NCBI GenBank assembly: GCA_038890745.1
Contig: JAWAFD010000002.1
Coordinates: 1-64,000, forward strand
Source: Candidatus Anstonellales archaeon
GTDB lineage: Archaea; Micrarchaeota; Micrarchaeia; Anstonellales; J096
Reading direction: 5' to 3'
DNA length: 64,000 nucleotides
Part shown: piece after piece, positions 40,035-50,056 of the stretch
Layout of the letters: every line of letters begins with the position of its first letter
Position numbering within the stretch: the stretch's first letter is position 1
Position numbers and translations under genes: made by a program
Notes under the pieces: model-generated
Seen by the model: the letters and a program-made list of their open reading frames with translations, nothing else
The model's database searches: none
Told to the model about the DNA's origin: nothing

Positions 40035-42968
40035 CTAAACCATTCTTCTTATTTTTCCTATTCCTCTGCTTTCTTCTGTAAAAAAAGATATTGTTACTTT
40101 TCTTCTAGAACCAAGCCTTATTTCTACGTCTTTTTTACCACTCCCAAGATGTATTGCAGCTGTTACTATGATTTGGTCAAGCGTTCTTATATCCTCCGGT
40201 TTCCATATATTCTTAACCGCTTCTCTTACCTCATTCAATTTTCTAAACAAGCTTCCAAAATAGAATTCCCTTATTTCAGGGATTTTCATTTTTTCTTCCG
40301 ATACCTTATTTCCTATCATTCTCTGAATCGTGTAGAGTAAGAAATTGATATCATGCGAGGGTGTTTTCAGAGAGTCTATAATCTTAAACAGCTGATCATG
40401 GTATTTATTACTTGCGTATATTAGGTAGAATTCGTTTTCAGTATATTTTGAAACAACCTCCATTATGCCACCTAGCATCAGCAGATCATCTTCTGTTCGT
40501 TGGATCTTTTTCTTCTCTTGTTCTGTTTCAATTTCTATTACTCTATTGCCTATGTATCTAACCACGTCTGCGACCTCTTTCATCAGTTCTTTATTATCAC
40601 CAACCAAGTGATCAATGGTATTGATGACAGTATGGGCGTCTTCAATAGTTTGGATTGAGCTGCAGAGCGCTTCTTCTACTATTCTCTTCATCGCTATCCT
40701 TGTTTCAGTTTCATAGTTATAGTAAGGTACGCGTATCTTTCCCCATTTTTTCAAGACATCGAGGAAGTTTATCAACATTCCTATCATAAAAATGCTTTCA
40801 GCATATTTTAGCTTTCTCTCAACCCGACCCTTTTCATTCTCATCTAAAACATACGGTACTTGAAATCTTATCACAAACTTTGAGATTAGAGCAGCAGCCG
40901 CCTCAAAAAGAATCTCTAGGTCTCGCATATAATTTTTGTACTCATCCTCTTCTATCATTCTTATAATCTGTCTCATATGGGCTATAAGGGGATAGGCTTT
41001 ATCCCTTGCTCCTTTCAGCAAGACTTTATCATGGTCTATCCCGTCGACTTCAAAAAGTTTATCTATCTGTTCATCGCTAAGCCGTTTAAAGATCGGATCT
41101 TTTTTCATTATAATGTCTTCTACTAGTATGCTAATGCCATCACTTATATCCACAACTGTTTTAACATAATCCTCCCGTTCTTTTCTGAATCTTACGATAT
41201 TCTGTCTCTTTGTTTCTAGATACAGATCGTACATTCTCTCCATCAGTTTAAACGCAGAGGTCTTTGCAACATCATTGCTGGTTTCCATACCCTCAAGATA
41301 CCTTATAGTTGTAATAATCTTTTGGGCTATCTCATCTGACTTAATTGCGAACTCATCAATTCCAGACTCATCAGTTTCGTTTTTAAGCTCTTTTTCTTTC
41401 TTAAACTTTTTTTCCAGCTTTTCCCAAACAATTTCTAACAGTGCAATCAATCCTTCGTGCTGATCCTGTTGGTTAAAAATCAATCTTCTTCCTATGTTTT
41501 CTAACAACTCTCCAAGCTCTTTGCTATCCAGATTCTCTACATCCTTCTGTAAAGATTTTTTCATTTCCTTAAATGCCCATTCTCTCTGAATGCTTATCTC
41601 CTTTGCTATAAGCTCTCTCTCTTCATCAATGTTCCCTAATTTTATTTCTTGCTCATCCACGTTCCAGAATTTTTTATGTGGATTTTTAAGGTATACAATT
41701 CCGTTTCTTATCTCCCAAAAATCTCTCCTATGCTCCTGAGTAATTATTCCTGTTTTTATGATGTGTAGGAGCTCTAGCGATTGGGTGATGGAGGCATACC
41801 GCATCTTTGTTTCATCGCTTAATCTCATTCTTTCTACCTGTTTCATCAGTCTTCTCATTACGCTCATGTCCTCAACAGCACCATTCAACCCCCTAAGAAC
41901 CTTTGTTTTATCCATTTTTTCAATTTTTTTGAGCTGTTTTTCTGCTTTTTGCTCTTCTCTTTTTTGAAGGTACGTATAAAACAAATCCTCCATTCTCTTT
42001 TTGTTTTCTTCCAATTTTTTCATCACCATTTCCTTTTTTACCTTTTCTTCTTGTTCAAGTGTATCGAATTCAGCCACACTTTTTTCACTATCCTCAGTAC
42101 CAAATATCTTGCTCAGTGTTGCAAAAGCTTCCTTTAATAGTCCTTCACCATCTTTAATACTAATACTCTCCAAAGCTAGACCGCTCTCGATTTTCCTTTT
42201 TAAAACTCCATTCTCATCGGTGAAAAAATCCGGCATGTTTGCGTAAACATCATCCCACGTACCCAACATATCTTTTTGTAGCATTTCTTCAAAAATTCTG
42301 TTGCTCTTGGTTGTTTCATATTTTATGTAATTCTCATTTGCTTTTCTAATCTGATCATCTACCTCATCATCAAATTCCTCAGGGTTATTTTGGTACTCAT
42401 TTTCTATTTTTGACTTTAAAATTTTATATACTAACTTAAGGCCAGTCCCCTGTTCCTGTTCATTGAAAAGTAATCTTTCAGATACATTTCTCAAAAGAAT
42501 TGCCAATGTGTGTATATCCATCTGCATTTTTTCATGCATCTCAAATATTTCTTTTTTTTCTTCACTACTTGATGCATTCTCATCCAAAGCCTCTATGTTT
42601 AGAGTACTAAAAATACTCACTAAGTCGAGTACGATCTTCTCTCTTAATTTGATAAGTTCCTGGATTGTGTCATAGTTTGTTACAATCCCTATTCTTTTCC
42701 ATCCTCCATCAATTTTTACGTACGCCACACCTCTTTTTATTTTTGTGTATTCAGATTCATAATCCCTCGGAGCGTTTTCTACCATGTTCGCTGTTTTAAG
42801 CATACTAAGAAGCTCCATACTCTCTATCATTTTATTCAGTTCCGTCCTTACTTCACTCGGAATATTCAATCGGTCTATTTCTTCATAAAGTTCATGTATT
42901 TTTGCTACATCTTCAACTATTCTCGCAATTCTCAAAATATTCTCATGTGGCATCTCACCATTATTCAT
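40035..42968 (-). CDS. Large helical orphan with internal duplication
   Basis: 977-aa ORF; two related N-terminal units. Confidence 0.75.
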   Translation of the reverse strand: MNNGEMPHENILRIARIVEDVAKIHELYEEIDRLNIPSEVRTELNKMIESMELLSMLKTANMVENAPRDYESEYTKIKRGVAYVKIDGGWKRIGIVTNYDTIQELIKLREKIVLDLVSIFSTLNIEALDENASSSEEKKEIFEMHEKMQMDIHTLAILLRNVSERLLFNEQEQGTGLKLVYKILKSKIENEYQNNPEEFDDEVDDQIRKANENYIKYETTKSNRIFEEMLQKDMLGTWDDVYANMPDFFTDENGVLKRKIESGLALESISIKDGEGLLKEAFATLSKIFGTEDSEKSVAEFDTLEQEEKVKKEMVMKKLEENKKRMEDLFYTYLQKREEQKAEKQLKKIEKMDKTKVLRGLNGAVEDMSVMRRLMKQVERMRLSDETKMRYASITQSLELLHIIKTGIITQEHRRDFWEIRNGIVYLKNPHKKFWNVDEQEIKLGNIDEERELIAKEISIQREWAFKEMKKSLQKDVENLDSKELGELLENIGRRLIFNQQDQHEGLIALLEIVWEKLEKKFKKEKELKNETDESGIDEFAIKSDEIAQKIITTIRYLEGMETSNDVAKTSAFKLMERMYDLYLETKRQNIVRFRKEREDYVKTVVDISDGISILVEDIIMKKDPIFKRLSDEQIDKLFEVDGIDHDKVLLKGARDKAYPLIAHMRQIIRMIEEDEYKNYMRDLEILFEAAAALISKFVIRFQVPYVLDENEKGRVERKLKYAESIFMIGMLINFLDVLKKWGKIRVPYYNYETETRIAMKRIVEEALCSSIQTIEDAHTVINTIDHLVGDNKELMKEVADVVRYIGNRVIEIETEQEKKKIQRTEDDLLMLGGIMEVVSKYTENEFYLIYASNKYHDQLFKIIDSLKTPSHDINFLLYTIQRMIGNKVSEEKMKIPEIREFYFGSLFRKLNEVREAVKNIWKPEDIRTLDQIIVTAAIHLGSGKKDVEIRLGSRRKVTISFFTEESRGIGKIRRMV

Positions 42969-43045
42969 AGTTGTAGTTTATAATTAAAAGTGTTTTTAAA
43001 CTTTTCTCTAAAACCTTTTATTCCTTTTCCATGAAAAAGTTGTAG

Positions 43046-44350
43046 ATGATAGAGCCTCTTACACTATACGCGTTTTTGTTCATATCCGGTGCACTTTTTG
43101 CTTCGTTCATAGGAGATCTTATATACAGAGCAACCAATATACCAAGTATACTTTGGCTCATGATTATTGGATTTATCCTAGGCCCATACATGGGAATCCT
43201 TGACCCAGTTGCAATGAGAGAAATCCAACCTATAGTTGGACCCATCGCCCTTTCCCTTGTTTTTTTCGATGCAGGTTTAGTGTTGGATATTTTCAAATTC
43301 TTTTTCCGTTCTGTAAGACCCCTTTTTTTCAGTTTTGTTGTTGTTGGATTCACAATGATTGGTGTTGCTGTTGTAGCAAACGCCATATTTGGTTGGAATT
43401 ACCTAGTTGGTGCAACGTTAGGGGCGATTTTTGGTGGAACCGGAACCGCCATAGTCATATCGCTCTCAAAAAAACTCCCAGTTATAGAAGAGGTTAATCA
43501 GTTCTTAACTGTCGAGGGTGCGATCACGGGTGTTTTGGCGGTTGTTTTAACAGCAACACTTACGGACGCTCTAATTTTTGGAACAGCAGATGTACACAGC
43601 GCAGGTATGCAGATAGCTTTCTCACTTGGCAAAGGTCTTGGGCTTGGGTTTGTTATTGGGGTTGGATGGATGATGGTTCTTTACATTTTGAGAGACCTTG
43701 AATACTCCTACATGATAACCCTAGCCGTTAATTTTCTTACTTATGCTGGGTCTGATTACATTGGTGGAAATGGACCGCTCTCAGCCCTTATTTTTGGTAT
43801 GGTTATGGGAAACAACCCGACCATTGCAAAAATGCTGAGGCTCAAACATACCCCAATGCCTATTGAGAAGCTAAAGGAATTTCAAAGCGAGATTATGTTC
43901 TTCTTAAAAGCATTCTTTTTCATCTACTTGGGAACCCTCATAAATCTTGGAGAAGACAAAACTCTTCTTATAAGCGGCATTCTTGTGCTTGTTATACTTG
44001 TGGCGAGGATATTTGCGGTGTTTGTGAGCACTGTTGCAGCAGGGCCTCTTTCATACTACCGGCTTATAATATCCCTCATGTTTACGAGAGGTCTTAAAAG
44101 TGCTGTTCTTTCTACCTTGCCACTAACAATCGTCCATAACTATATGAAAACCCAGCCGTACATCCCTCAACTCTATCCACTTGCTTATGTTTTCAGGCAG
44201 TTTCCGGACATAGTTTTTGTGGTCGTAGGGGTTTCGATTATTCTTACAACTTTTCTTGTTACCCTCTGGTCACTAACGCATAAACAAAAAAAGGAAGCGC
44301 ATCTCCCTCTTCAATCAAAAATAATCCATGAAACGGAGTTGTTTGAATGA
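43046..44350 (+). CDS. Cation:proton antiporter (CPA1/NhaP-like)
   Basis: FFDAGL, FFFIYLG, TRGL; many TMs. Confidence 0.88.
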   Translation: MIEPLTLYAFLFISGALFASFIGDLIYRATNIPSILWLMIIGFILGPYMGILDPVAMREIQPIVGPIALSLVFFDAGLVLDIFKFFFRSVRPLFFSFVVVGFTMIGVAVVANAIFGWNYLVGATLGAIFGGTGTAIVISLSKKLPVIEEVNQFLTVEGAITGVLAVVLTATLTDALIFGTADVHSAGMQIAFSLGKGLGLGFVIGVGWMMVLYILRDLEYSYMITLAVNFLTYAGSDYIGGNGPLSALIFGMVMGNNPTIAKMLRLKHTPMPIEKLKEFQSEIMFFLKAFFFIYLGTLINLGEDKTLLISGILVLVILVARIFAVFVSTVAAGPLSYYRLIISLMFTRGLKSAVLSTLPLTIVHNYMKTQPYIPQLYPLAYVFRQFPDIVFVVVGVSIILTTFLVTLWSLTHKQKKEAHLPLQSKIIHETELFE

Positions 44351-44736
44351 TCATATACACAGATGGTGCTTGTTTCGGGAACCCAGGGCCGATGGGAATT
44401 GGGATAGTTTTTGTGAAAAACAACCGGGTAGTAAAAAAAATAAGCATGCTTATCGGAAAAGGAACAAACAACATAGCGGAATACACCGCTGTTCTTGTCG
44501 CGTTGCAGGAAGCAAAGAAAATTGGGGAGAGAAACATAGTCCTGCGCGCAGACAGCCAGCTTCTTATAAAACAGCTAAACGGCGAATACAAAGTGAAAGC
44601 AAAACATCTCAAGCAGCTTCATGCTGCGGTTGTTTCTCTTGCAAAGGAATTGAATGTAAGATTTGAGTGGGTGGAGAGGGAAAAGAATAAAATTGCAGAC
44701 TGGTTGAGCAAAAAAGCAATAGAAAATAAAAGTTAA
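44347..44736 (+). CDS. rnhA: Ribonuclease HI
   Basis: YTDGACFGNPG, TNNIAEY, DSQL, NKIAD. Confidence 0.95.
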   Translation: MIIYTDGACFGNPGPMGIGIVFVKNNRVVKKISMLIGKGTNNIAEYTAVLVALQEAKKIGERNIVLRADSQLLIKQLNGEYKVKAKHLKQLHAAVVSLAKELNVRFEWVEREKNKIADWLSKKAIENKS

Positions 44737-45368
44737 AAAACAGATGCAAACTCCCTTAAAAATTCTTTTGGGTTTTCAGCTTTCACAAATGCAGACGCGA
44801 GAAGCACCCCTTTTGCACCTAATCTAAGCGCAACCTCCACATCCTCTTTACTGCTTACCCCAGCACCTGCGAGAACAGTCCCTTCTATTTCTTTAACCGC
44901 ATTCTCTATCAGCTCAGGCCTGTACTTGCTTATGCTCCTTCCTGAACCTATTAGCTCTGGTGGCTCTATTGCTATGAATTCAGGTTTAACTTTTGCAACC
45001 TCCTTTCCTTCCTCAACCTTTTCAACGCACACAACACTTTCCAATCCATACCTTTTCATACTCTCAACAGTTTCCTTCGCCTTTTCCACCCCCACCCTTT
45101 TCTCAGAGTGGTTTATCATGCTTCCCTTTACCCCTATTTCTTTAAGAGCAAAAGGAATGACTGCTCCGGTATTCGCACCCGGCTCGAAAGGGTCAGCGTG
45201 CTGAGCAAAAACATCAGAGTAGATTTTTCTTCCGTCTTTCAGAATTACTGCTGGAAGCGCAACCGCAATCCTTACCCCGCTCTCTTTGCTAACCTCTTTT
45301 GCTGCCTTCAGATACTTTGCAGGCTCTCTTATGCTCTGCTCATAATTCTTCAAGTTTAGCAAAATCAT
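44733..45368 (-). CDS. tpiA: Triosephosphate isomerase (archaeal type)
   Basis: NLKNY, NHSEKR, EPPELIG, LLASA. Confidence 0.96.
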   Translation of the reverse strand: MILLNLKNYEQSIREPAKYLKAAKEVSKESGVRIAVALPAVILKDGRKIYSDVFAQHADPFEPGANTGAVIPFALKEIGVKGSMINHSEKRVGVEKAKETVESMKRYGLESVVCVEKVEEGKEVAKVKPEFIAIEPPELIGSGRSISKYRPELIENAVKEIEGTVLAGAGVSSKEDVEVALRLGAKGVLLASAFVKAENPKEFLREFASVF

Positions 45369-45410
45369 AAGCTTTTAATTAGTTGCTTACATTTAAAATA
45401 TTTATCTATC

Positions 45411-45677
45411 GCCGAGGTCGCATAATCCGGTAGTGCGTCGGTCTCGAATAGCCCTTTTTCGCCTTTGGCGAAAAAGCATTTAATCGGAAAAGAGAAAACC
45501 GATCCCGCAAGGGATTGCAGGTTCAAAACCAAACCTAGGGGGAAGTTTCCCCCTAGGTTCCAGGTCTCCTCCTTAACCCCCTCATTTTTGCTCGTATAAG
45601 ATAGGAGGGTTGGAGTTAGGGGGCTCATCTAATAAGCTGAGCTCCCCCCCTGGCTGGTGGAAATCCTGCCCTCGGCG
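45411..45677 (+). tRNA. tRNA-Ser(CGA) with two introns (37/38: 45449-45496; 59/60: 45528-45663)
   Basis: GCCGAGG/CCTCGGC acceptor, anticodon CGA 45445-45447, long variable arm TCCCGCAAGGGA, T-stem GCAGG/CCTGC split by a BHB intron. Confidence 0.92.
45528..45663 (+). repeat. 136-nt structured T-loop intron, copy 1
   Basis: BHB: TTCA/TGGA helix with AAA and AAT bulges; 92/96 identical to copy 2. Confidence 0.88.
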
Positions 45678-45759
45678 TTTAATATCTTATCTAAAGCACA
45701 CGCAGGGCCAAAATGATAGGGGGTGAATGGCATGCATATCCCCCGCTATTCTTGAGATA

Positions 45760-46326
45760 TTAACTTAACAAACTGAATAAACCAAACAGGATGAATAGGA
45801 TAGAGGTGATTGCGTTTATCGCTTTGCTTGGAATTCTCTCTGCAAGTTTTGTGCCTATCGAAACATATATTGCGATCACTAATGCAAGCGCTGAAATCAA
45901 TCCTAGTAGAACAAGGATGGGAGACTGGTATCTAGCAGCCAATAGACCCGAGGTTATTTGTGTCTTGTCTCCAAATTCACTAATAAAAACTGTTAGAAAT
46001 AAAGTTGCCAATGGCAGTTTGGTTGAAATCTTCTTTTTATTTCTTTTGACTCTAATGAGATATGGCTGAGCAAAAGTCCATAATCCAAAAAGAATAAACA
46101 AAACAGCAATTAATATTTTGATTAGATCAAATGGTAGATAAAAACTAAAAAGGGCACCAACCAAAATACCAAGCACATCCATCAGCACCTGAGCAGATAA
46201 CCCAATAAGAAAAATCTTGACTGGTGATTTATATTTTAATGCTAAGCCCAGGATTACCAGTTGGGATTTATCAGCGATCTCTGAGATTAATACTAATACA
46301 AAGGTAGCGATTAATGGTTCAAGCAT
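45760..46326 (-). CDS. TMEM165/GDT1 (UPF0016) Ca/Mn transporter
   Basis: EIADKSQ and EFGDKTQ motifs; start uncertain. Confidence 0.92.
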   Translation of the reverse strand: MLEPLIATFVLVLISEIADKSQLVILGLALKYKSPVKIFLIGLSAQVLMDVLGILVGALFSFYLPFDLIKILIAVLFILFGLWTFAQPYLIRVKRNKKKISTKLPLATLFLTVFISEFGDKTQITSGLLAARYQSPILVLLGLISALALVIAIYVSIGTKLAERIPSKAINAITSILFILFGLFSLLS

Positions 46327-46434
46327 ATTTTCTAGTTTTGAGTAAGGGTTTAAAAATACCACCGCTAACTTCAGCGAAAAGCCCTAACTCTTTTGCTTGA
46401 TATAATATCCATCATATGCTCTTTTAAGTGTGTA

Positions 46435-47070
46435 TTATAAAAAATTCTTCTTTTCCTCCTCTTTCTCCCTCTTCTCCCTCTCCAACATTTTCAATTTTCT
46501 TTTTAAGAATTTCCTCATCGCTTCCCTGTTGTTTCCTGCGTATTTCGTATAGAGTGCAAGCATCACGAATATTTTGTTCGGCAAAAAACTCAGCTCCTCA
46601 ATGGTTATCTCTCCCTTTGTTTCGAGCATCGCAAGTGCCTTTTTCACAAGCTCTATCCTGCTTGTTCTTTTTCCCTTTCTCTTCTCAAAATACTTAAGCA
46701 ATCTCTCCGGGTTATCTATTTTTTTGAAAAGAAGCCACTCATAAATTTTGAACCTTTTTGCACCTATTCTGTGCAGCCGGTCTATAAGCGCCTCTATCTC
46801 ATAATTCTGCTTTATGTGGTGGAAGTGCGAGTATATTATCTGCTCTTTTTCATGCTTTCTCAATTCTAAATAGTGCTCATAATTCATTGGGATGAGAAGC
46901 TGGTGCTTCTCCATCTCCAGCTCAACTTTACTGAGTTTTCTTATCTCCTCTTCTACGGGCTGGGTGATCTGTAAGGTAAGAGGTTGCTTTTCTTCCTCTA
47001 GTATTGTCACCAACGCATCTAACCTAGAGGGCTTTAGCCCTGATGCGTTGACGGGGGAGTGACTGAACAC
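46435..47070 (-). CDS. Hypothetical protein
   Basis: 211-aa ORF, GTG start. Confidence 0.6.
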   Translation of the reverse strand: MFSHSPVNASGLKPSRLDALVTILEEEKQPLTLQITQPVEEEIRKLSKVELEMEKHQLLIPMNYEHYLELRKHEKEQIIYSHFHHIKQNYEIEALIDRLHRIGAKRFKIYEWLLFKKIDNPERLLKYFEKRKGKRTSRIELVKKALAMLETKGEITIEELSFLPNKIFVMLALYTKYAGNNREAMRKFLKRKLKMLEREKREKEEEKKNFL

Positions 47071-47108
47071 ATTAAGTATTCAATGAGAATTTTTTTAAAC
47101 CCTTCTTT

Positions 47109-48359
47109 TTAGCCCTTCTCCCTTTTACCTCTCTCAACATACCTTATCTCGTTCTTTTCAATCGGCATTATCGTATCCATGGCCGATTTTTCTATCTCCT
47201 TTATTTTCTTACTGGAGTGAAACAATAGCCGCGTATAGTCATACTGCAGCGCACCTGGCACCACCCATGTTAAGAGGGATGAGAGGAAAACAACCCCGGC
47301 GGTAAAACTTAGGATATCAATCGTGAATGCCGGTGAAAATTCTTTTGCCATGATCATCGAAAACTCTCCAGTCGATATCATCAATAATCCTATGAGCGCA
47401 GATTTTGCCCAGTTATTATTTGTTGCTATCAGCATGAGCGTTGATGAAGAAAGTTTCGCGACGCAGCTTACGAGAGTAATTATTATAATTGCAAAAGCAA
47501 AAACGGGATTCAGGAAAAATAGGATGTTTGCATTCATACCTAATGAAAGGAAGAATATTGTTATAAAAAGCGAGGTGAGGATGTTCATTTTTTCTATTGT
47601 GTTTTTCAACCCCATTTGCGTTGAGGAAAGAATGCCTGCGATGAAAGCACCAATGCTCTCAGGGACTGAGAAAACATGCGCCACAAGAATTACAACAACT
47701 GCGAGCGCTATGTAGAATAGAAAGTATGTTTCATCATTTTCAGGAAGGTGCCTTGCAACCATTCTTGAAATGCCGACTATCAAAAAAAGCGGAATAGCAA
47801 ACATCAGCATGCTTACCAACGCAGAAATCCCAACACTCCCGGTTTTTATGAACGATGTGGTAAAGAGGATAAAAAGAACAGCAAACAGATCCTCCCATAT
47901 AAGTTCTACATACATCGTTGTCGTTTCCCTTCCATAAACTATTCTAAAATCCTGCAATGCCTTGGAAAATATTGCAGTACTTGTAATCGAGAAAATCACG
48001 CCAAAGACTAATGCTTCAAATGGTGATAATGCGAACAGAAGCATTCCAACAGCGCCAACAACAGCCGCTGTAAAACCCATTTTCATAATAGAGATACCAA
48101 GTGAGTTTATCCCAACCTTTTTTATCAAATCCACCCTCATTTCCAAACCTATAAGATACATTAAAAGAATTGCGCCTATGGAAGAAAATATATCTATACT
48201 CTGTTGGTTTATGATTGAGAAACCATTTGGCCCGGCAAGCGCTGCGATTATAAGAAGGAGAGGAACGGATGGAAGCCTGAATTTTGCGGAAATAAAACTC
48301 GCTATGAATGCAAGCGTGAGCGCGATGAGAAAGCCGAGCGGGGTTACGGAAACATCCAT
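47109..48359 (-). CDS. Cation:proton antiporter (CPA2/Kef-like)
   Basis: LMYLIGLE, TSTAI, IWEDL, GAFIAG, GEFS. Confidence 0.9.
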   Translation of the reverse strand: MDVSVTPLGFLIALTLAFIASFISAKFRLPSVPLLLIIAALAGPNGFSIINQQSIDIFSSIGAILLMYLIGLEMRVDLIKKVGINSLGISIMKMGFTAAVVGAVGMLLFALSPFEALVFGVIFSITSTAIFSKALQDFRIVYGRETTTMYVELIWEDLFAVLFILFTTSFIKTGSVGISALVSMLMFAIPLFLIVGISRMVARHLPENDETYFLFYIALAVVVILVAHVFSVPESIGAFIAGILSSTQMGLKNTIEKMNILTSLFITIFFLSLGMNANILFFLNPVFAFAIIIITLVSCVAKLSSSTLMLIATNNNWAKSALIGLLMISTGEFSMIMAKEFSPAFTIDILSFTAGVVFLSSLLTWVVPGALQYDYTRLLFHSSKKIKEIEKSAMDTIMPIEKNEIRYVERGKREKG

Positions 48360-48413
48360 AAACCTAATTCTCTAGTTCAGTTTAAAAATATTCTTTTACA
48401 TTAATTCTATCAC

Positions 48414-48621
48414 GCCCCAGTAGCTCAGTGGTAGAGCGACCGCCTCGTAAGCGGTAGGTCGTGGGTTCAACACCAAACCCAGGGGGAAGTTTCTCCCTAG
48501 GTTCCAGGTCTCCTCCTTAACCCCCTCATTTTTGCTCGTATAAGATAGGGGGGTTGGAGCTAGGGGGGTCTGAGAATAAGTTAAAGTACCCCCTGGTCTG
48601 GTGAGAATCCCATCTGGGGCT
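48414..48621 (+). tRNA. tRNA-Thr(CGT) with intron at 59/60 (48472-48607)
   Basis: GCCCCAG/CTGGGGC acceptor, ACCGC-CTCGTAA-GCGGT anticodon arm, T-stem GTGGG/CCCAT. Confidence 0.93.
48472..48607 (+). repeat. 136-nt structured T-loop intron, copy 2
   Basis: BHB: TTCA/TGAG helix with ACA and AAT bulges; 48564-48599 identical to 170-205 and 243-278. Confidence 0.88.
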
Positions 48622-48690
48622 TATTTTTGCAAAATACCAAAACCGATAACCTTTTATTTGTTTTGTAATATAGTAATTAATGGTGGTAAA

Positions 48691-49170
48691 ATGGCAGAAG
48701 AGCTACATACGAAAAGAGCATTGAAGAAAGAGATGATGGAAAAACCCGGGCTTAGGAAGTTAGTTGAAAACAAACCTCTAGTAGTAGAGCATATAAATAA
48801 GTTTATTAAAGGAAATCTTGGGGTTCGTACACTTTTCAGAGACCTTTCGAATATCGATAAAGATGTAATACCATCTATTTTAAACATCATTCTAAGAAGA
48901 GCAAAAAACAACCTAGCTTTGAGTAATTTGTCTGATCTTCTCTTAAAACTTTATGGTGATAATATAATCGATGATAGATTTTATGAGGATATCCAAAGTA
49001 CCGTGATTTCTATGCTGAATACACATGATTTGGCTAAACTACAACCTATCCCTCCCGGCTCCGATGTGATGGACATATATCATGCATATACCTATTATGA
49101 AGTTCGTACTGGTTTTCCTCCGCAATACCCGCTAGGGGACCTTATCTTTAGAGAGCTTATGAACAAATAA
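48691..49170 (+). CDS. Hypothetical protein
   Basis: GGTGG SD before ATG 48691. Confidence 0.65.
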   Translation: MAEELHTKRALKKEMMEKPGLRKLVENKPLVVEHINKFIKGNLGVRTLFRDLSNIDKDVIPSILNIILRRAKNNLALSNLSDLLLKLYGDNIIDDRFYEDIQSTVISMLNTHDLAKLQPIPPGSDVMDIYHAYTYYEVRTGFPPQYPLGDLIFRELMNK

Positions 49171-49211
49171 GAATACCAAATCATTTTAAACAGTTTATTA
49201 TAATCCTTTAC

Positions 49212-50000
49212 ATGCACCCCATAATCATTTTTTCCTCAAAAAACATCGCGAGCAAAAACATAGCCGAGCATCTTATTAAACTTGGTTTTGAAAAAACAGG
49301 AGAAAACGAATGGAAATACAAAAACATTCGCATGATTGATACGAAGGTTGATTCTATTCTTAGTGTGCCAACAGATTTTGAGGAGGATTACATAATTGTT
49401 TTGAGCTCTCATAAAAGCGAGATGTCCCTACCTACCTTAACCGTTCATATTCCTGGCAACTGGGATTCTGCTGATTTTGGAGGCGAGCCAAGAACCCTGA
49501 ACGTAGCCTATGCAGGAAAGATGCTGCAGATTTTGAAGGGTTTGAAAAAATACGGATCCGAACTAGAAAAACAGGGATGGTATATTTGCTATGAAGTAGA
49601 CCATCATGGGCCTACCTGCAAAAAACCTATAATGTTTGTTGAGATAGGGAGTATGGAAAAGGAATGGATAAACGAACATGCCGGTGAGGTGGTTGCGAAA
49701 TCTGTTTTTGATGCAATAAGCAAAGATGAGGATCAAGCGTTTTGCTATTTTGGGGTTGGGGGAGGGCACTATGCACCTAAGTTTACAAAACTTGCCCTAG
49801 AAAAAAATTTTGCTTTTGGCCATATGCTTCCAAAATCTCGGGCGGGCAGCGTAGGAGAGGACACCTTCAAACAAGCAATAGAAAAAAATGTTGAAAAACT
49901 AAAGGCGATTGTTCTGGATTGGAAAGGGTTGAATAAGGAACAAAAAGATAGAGTTATTGAGTTGGCAAAAAAGTTCAATCTTGAGGTAATACGGGAATAA
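49212..50000 (+). CDS. dtdA: D-aminoacyl-tRNA deacylase (DTD2)
   Basis: SSH, LTVH.PGN, EVDHHGP, FVEIGS, GGGHY. Confidence 0.95.
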   Translation: MHPIIIFSSKNIASKNIAEHLIKLGFEKTGENEWKYKNIRMIDTKVDSILSVPTDFEEDYIIVLSSHKSEMSLPTLTVHIPGNWDSADFGGEPRTLNVAYAGKMLQILKGLKKYGSELEKQGWYICYEVDHHGPTCKKPIMFVEIGSMEKEWINEHAGEVVAKSVFDAISKDEDQAFCYFGVGGGHYAPKFTKLALEKNFAFGHMLPKSRAGSVGEDTFKQAIEKNVEKLKAIVLDWKGLNKEQKDRVIELAKKFNLEVIRE

Positions 50001-50056
50001 ACTAAAAATAAAGAAAGTGTTTTAATATTTGCCATGCTCATATTTTTGGTGAGAAA

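Noticed and set aside
45365..45628. 87-aa minus-strand ORF
   Set aside because: Antisense to tRNA-Ser and its introns
45528..45663. T-loop intron as a group I/II intron, C/D-box guide or known ribozyme
   Set aside because: Too short with no recognisable catalytic core, no C box, no hammerhead core seen; the BHB explains splicing. Not excluded without an Rfam search
45678..48413. Integrated element between the two tRNAs
   Set aside because: No integrase and no tRNA 3'-end att duplication; the shared sequence is intronic
48601..48690. N-terminal extension of ORF 48601-49170
   Set aside because: Overlaps the tRNA-Thr 3' end; an SD supports ATG 48691
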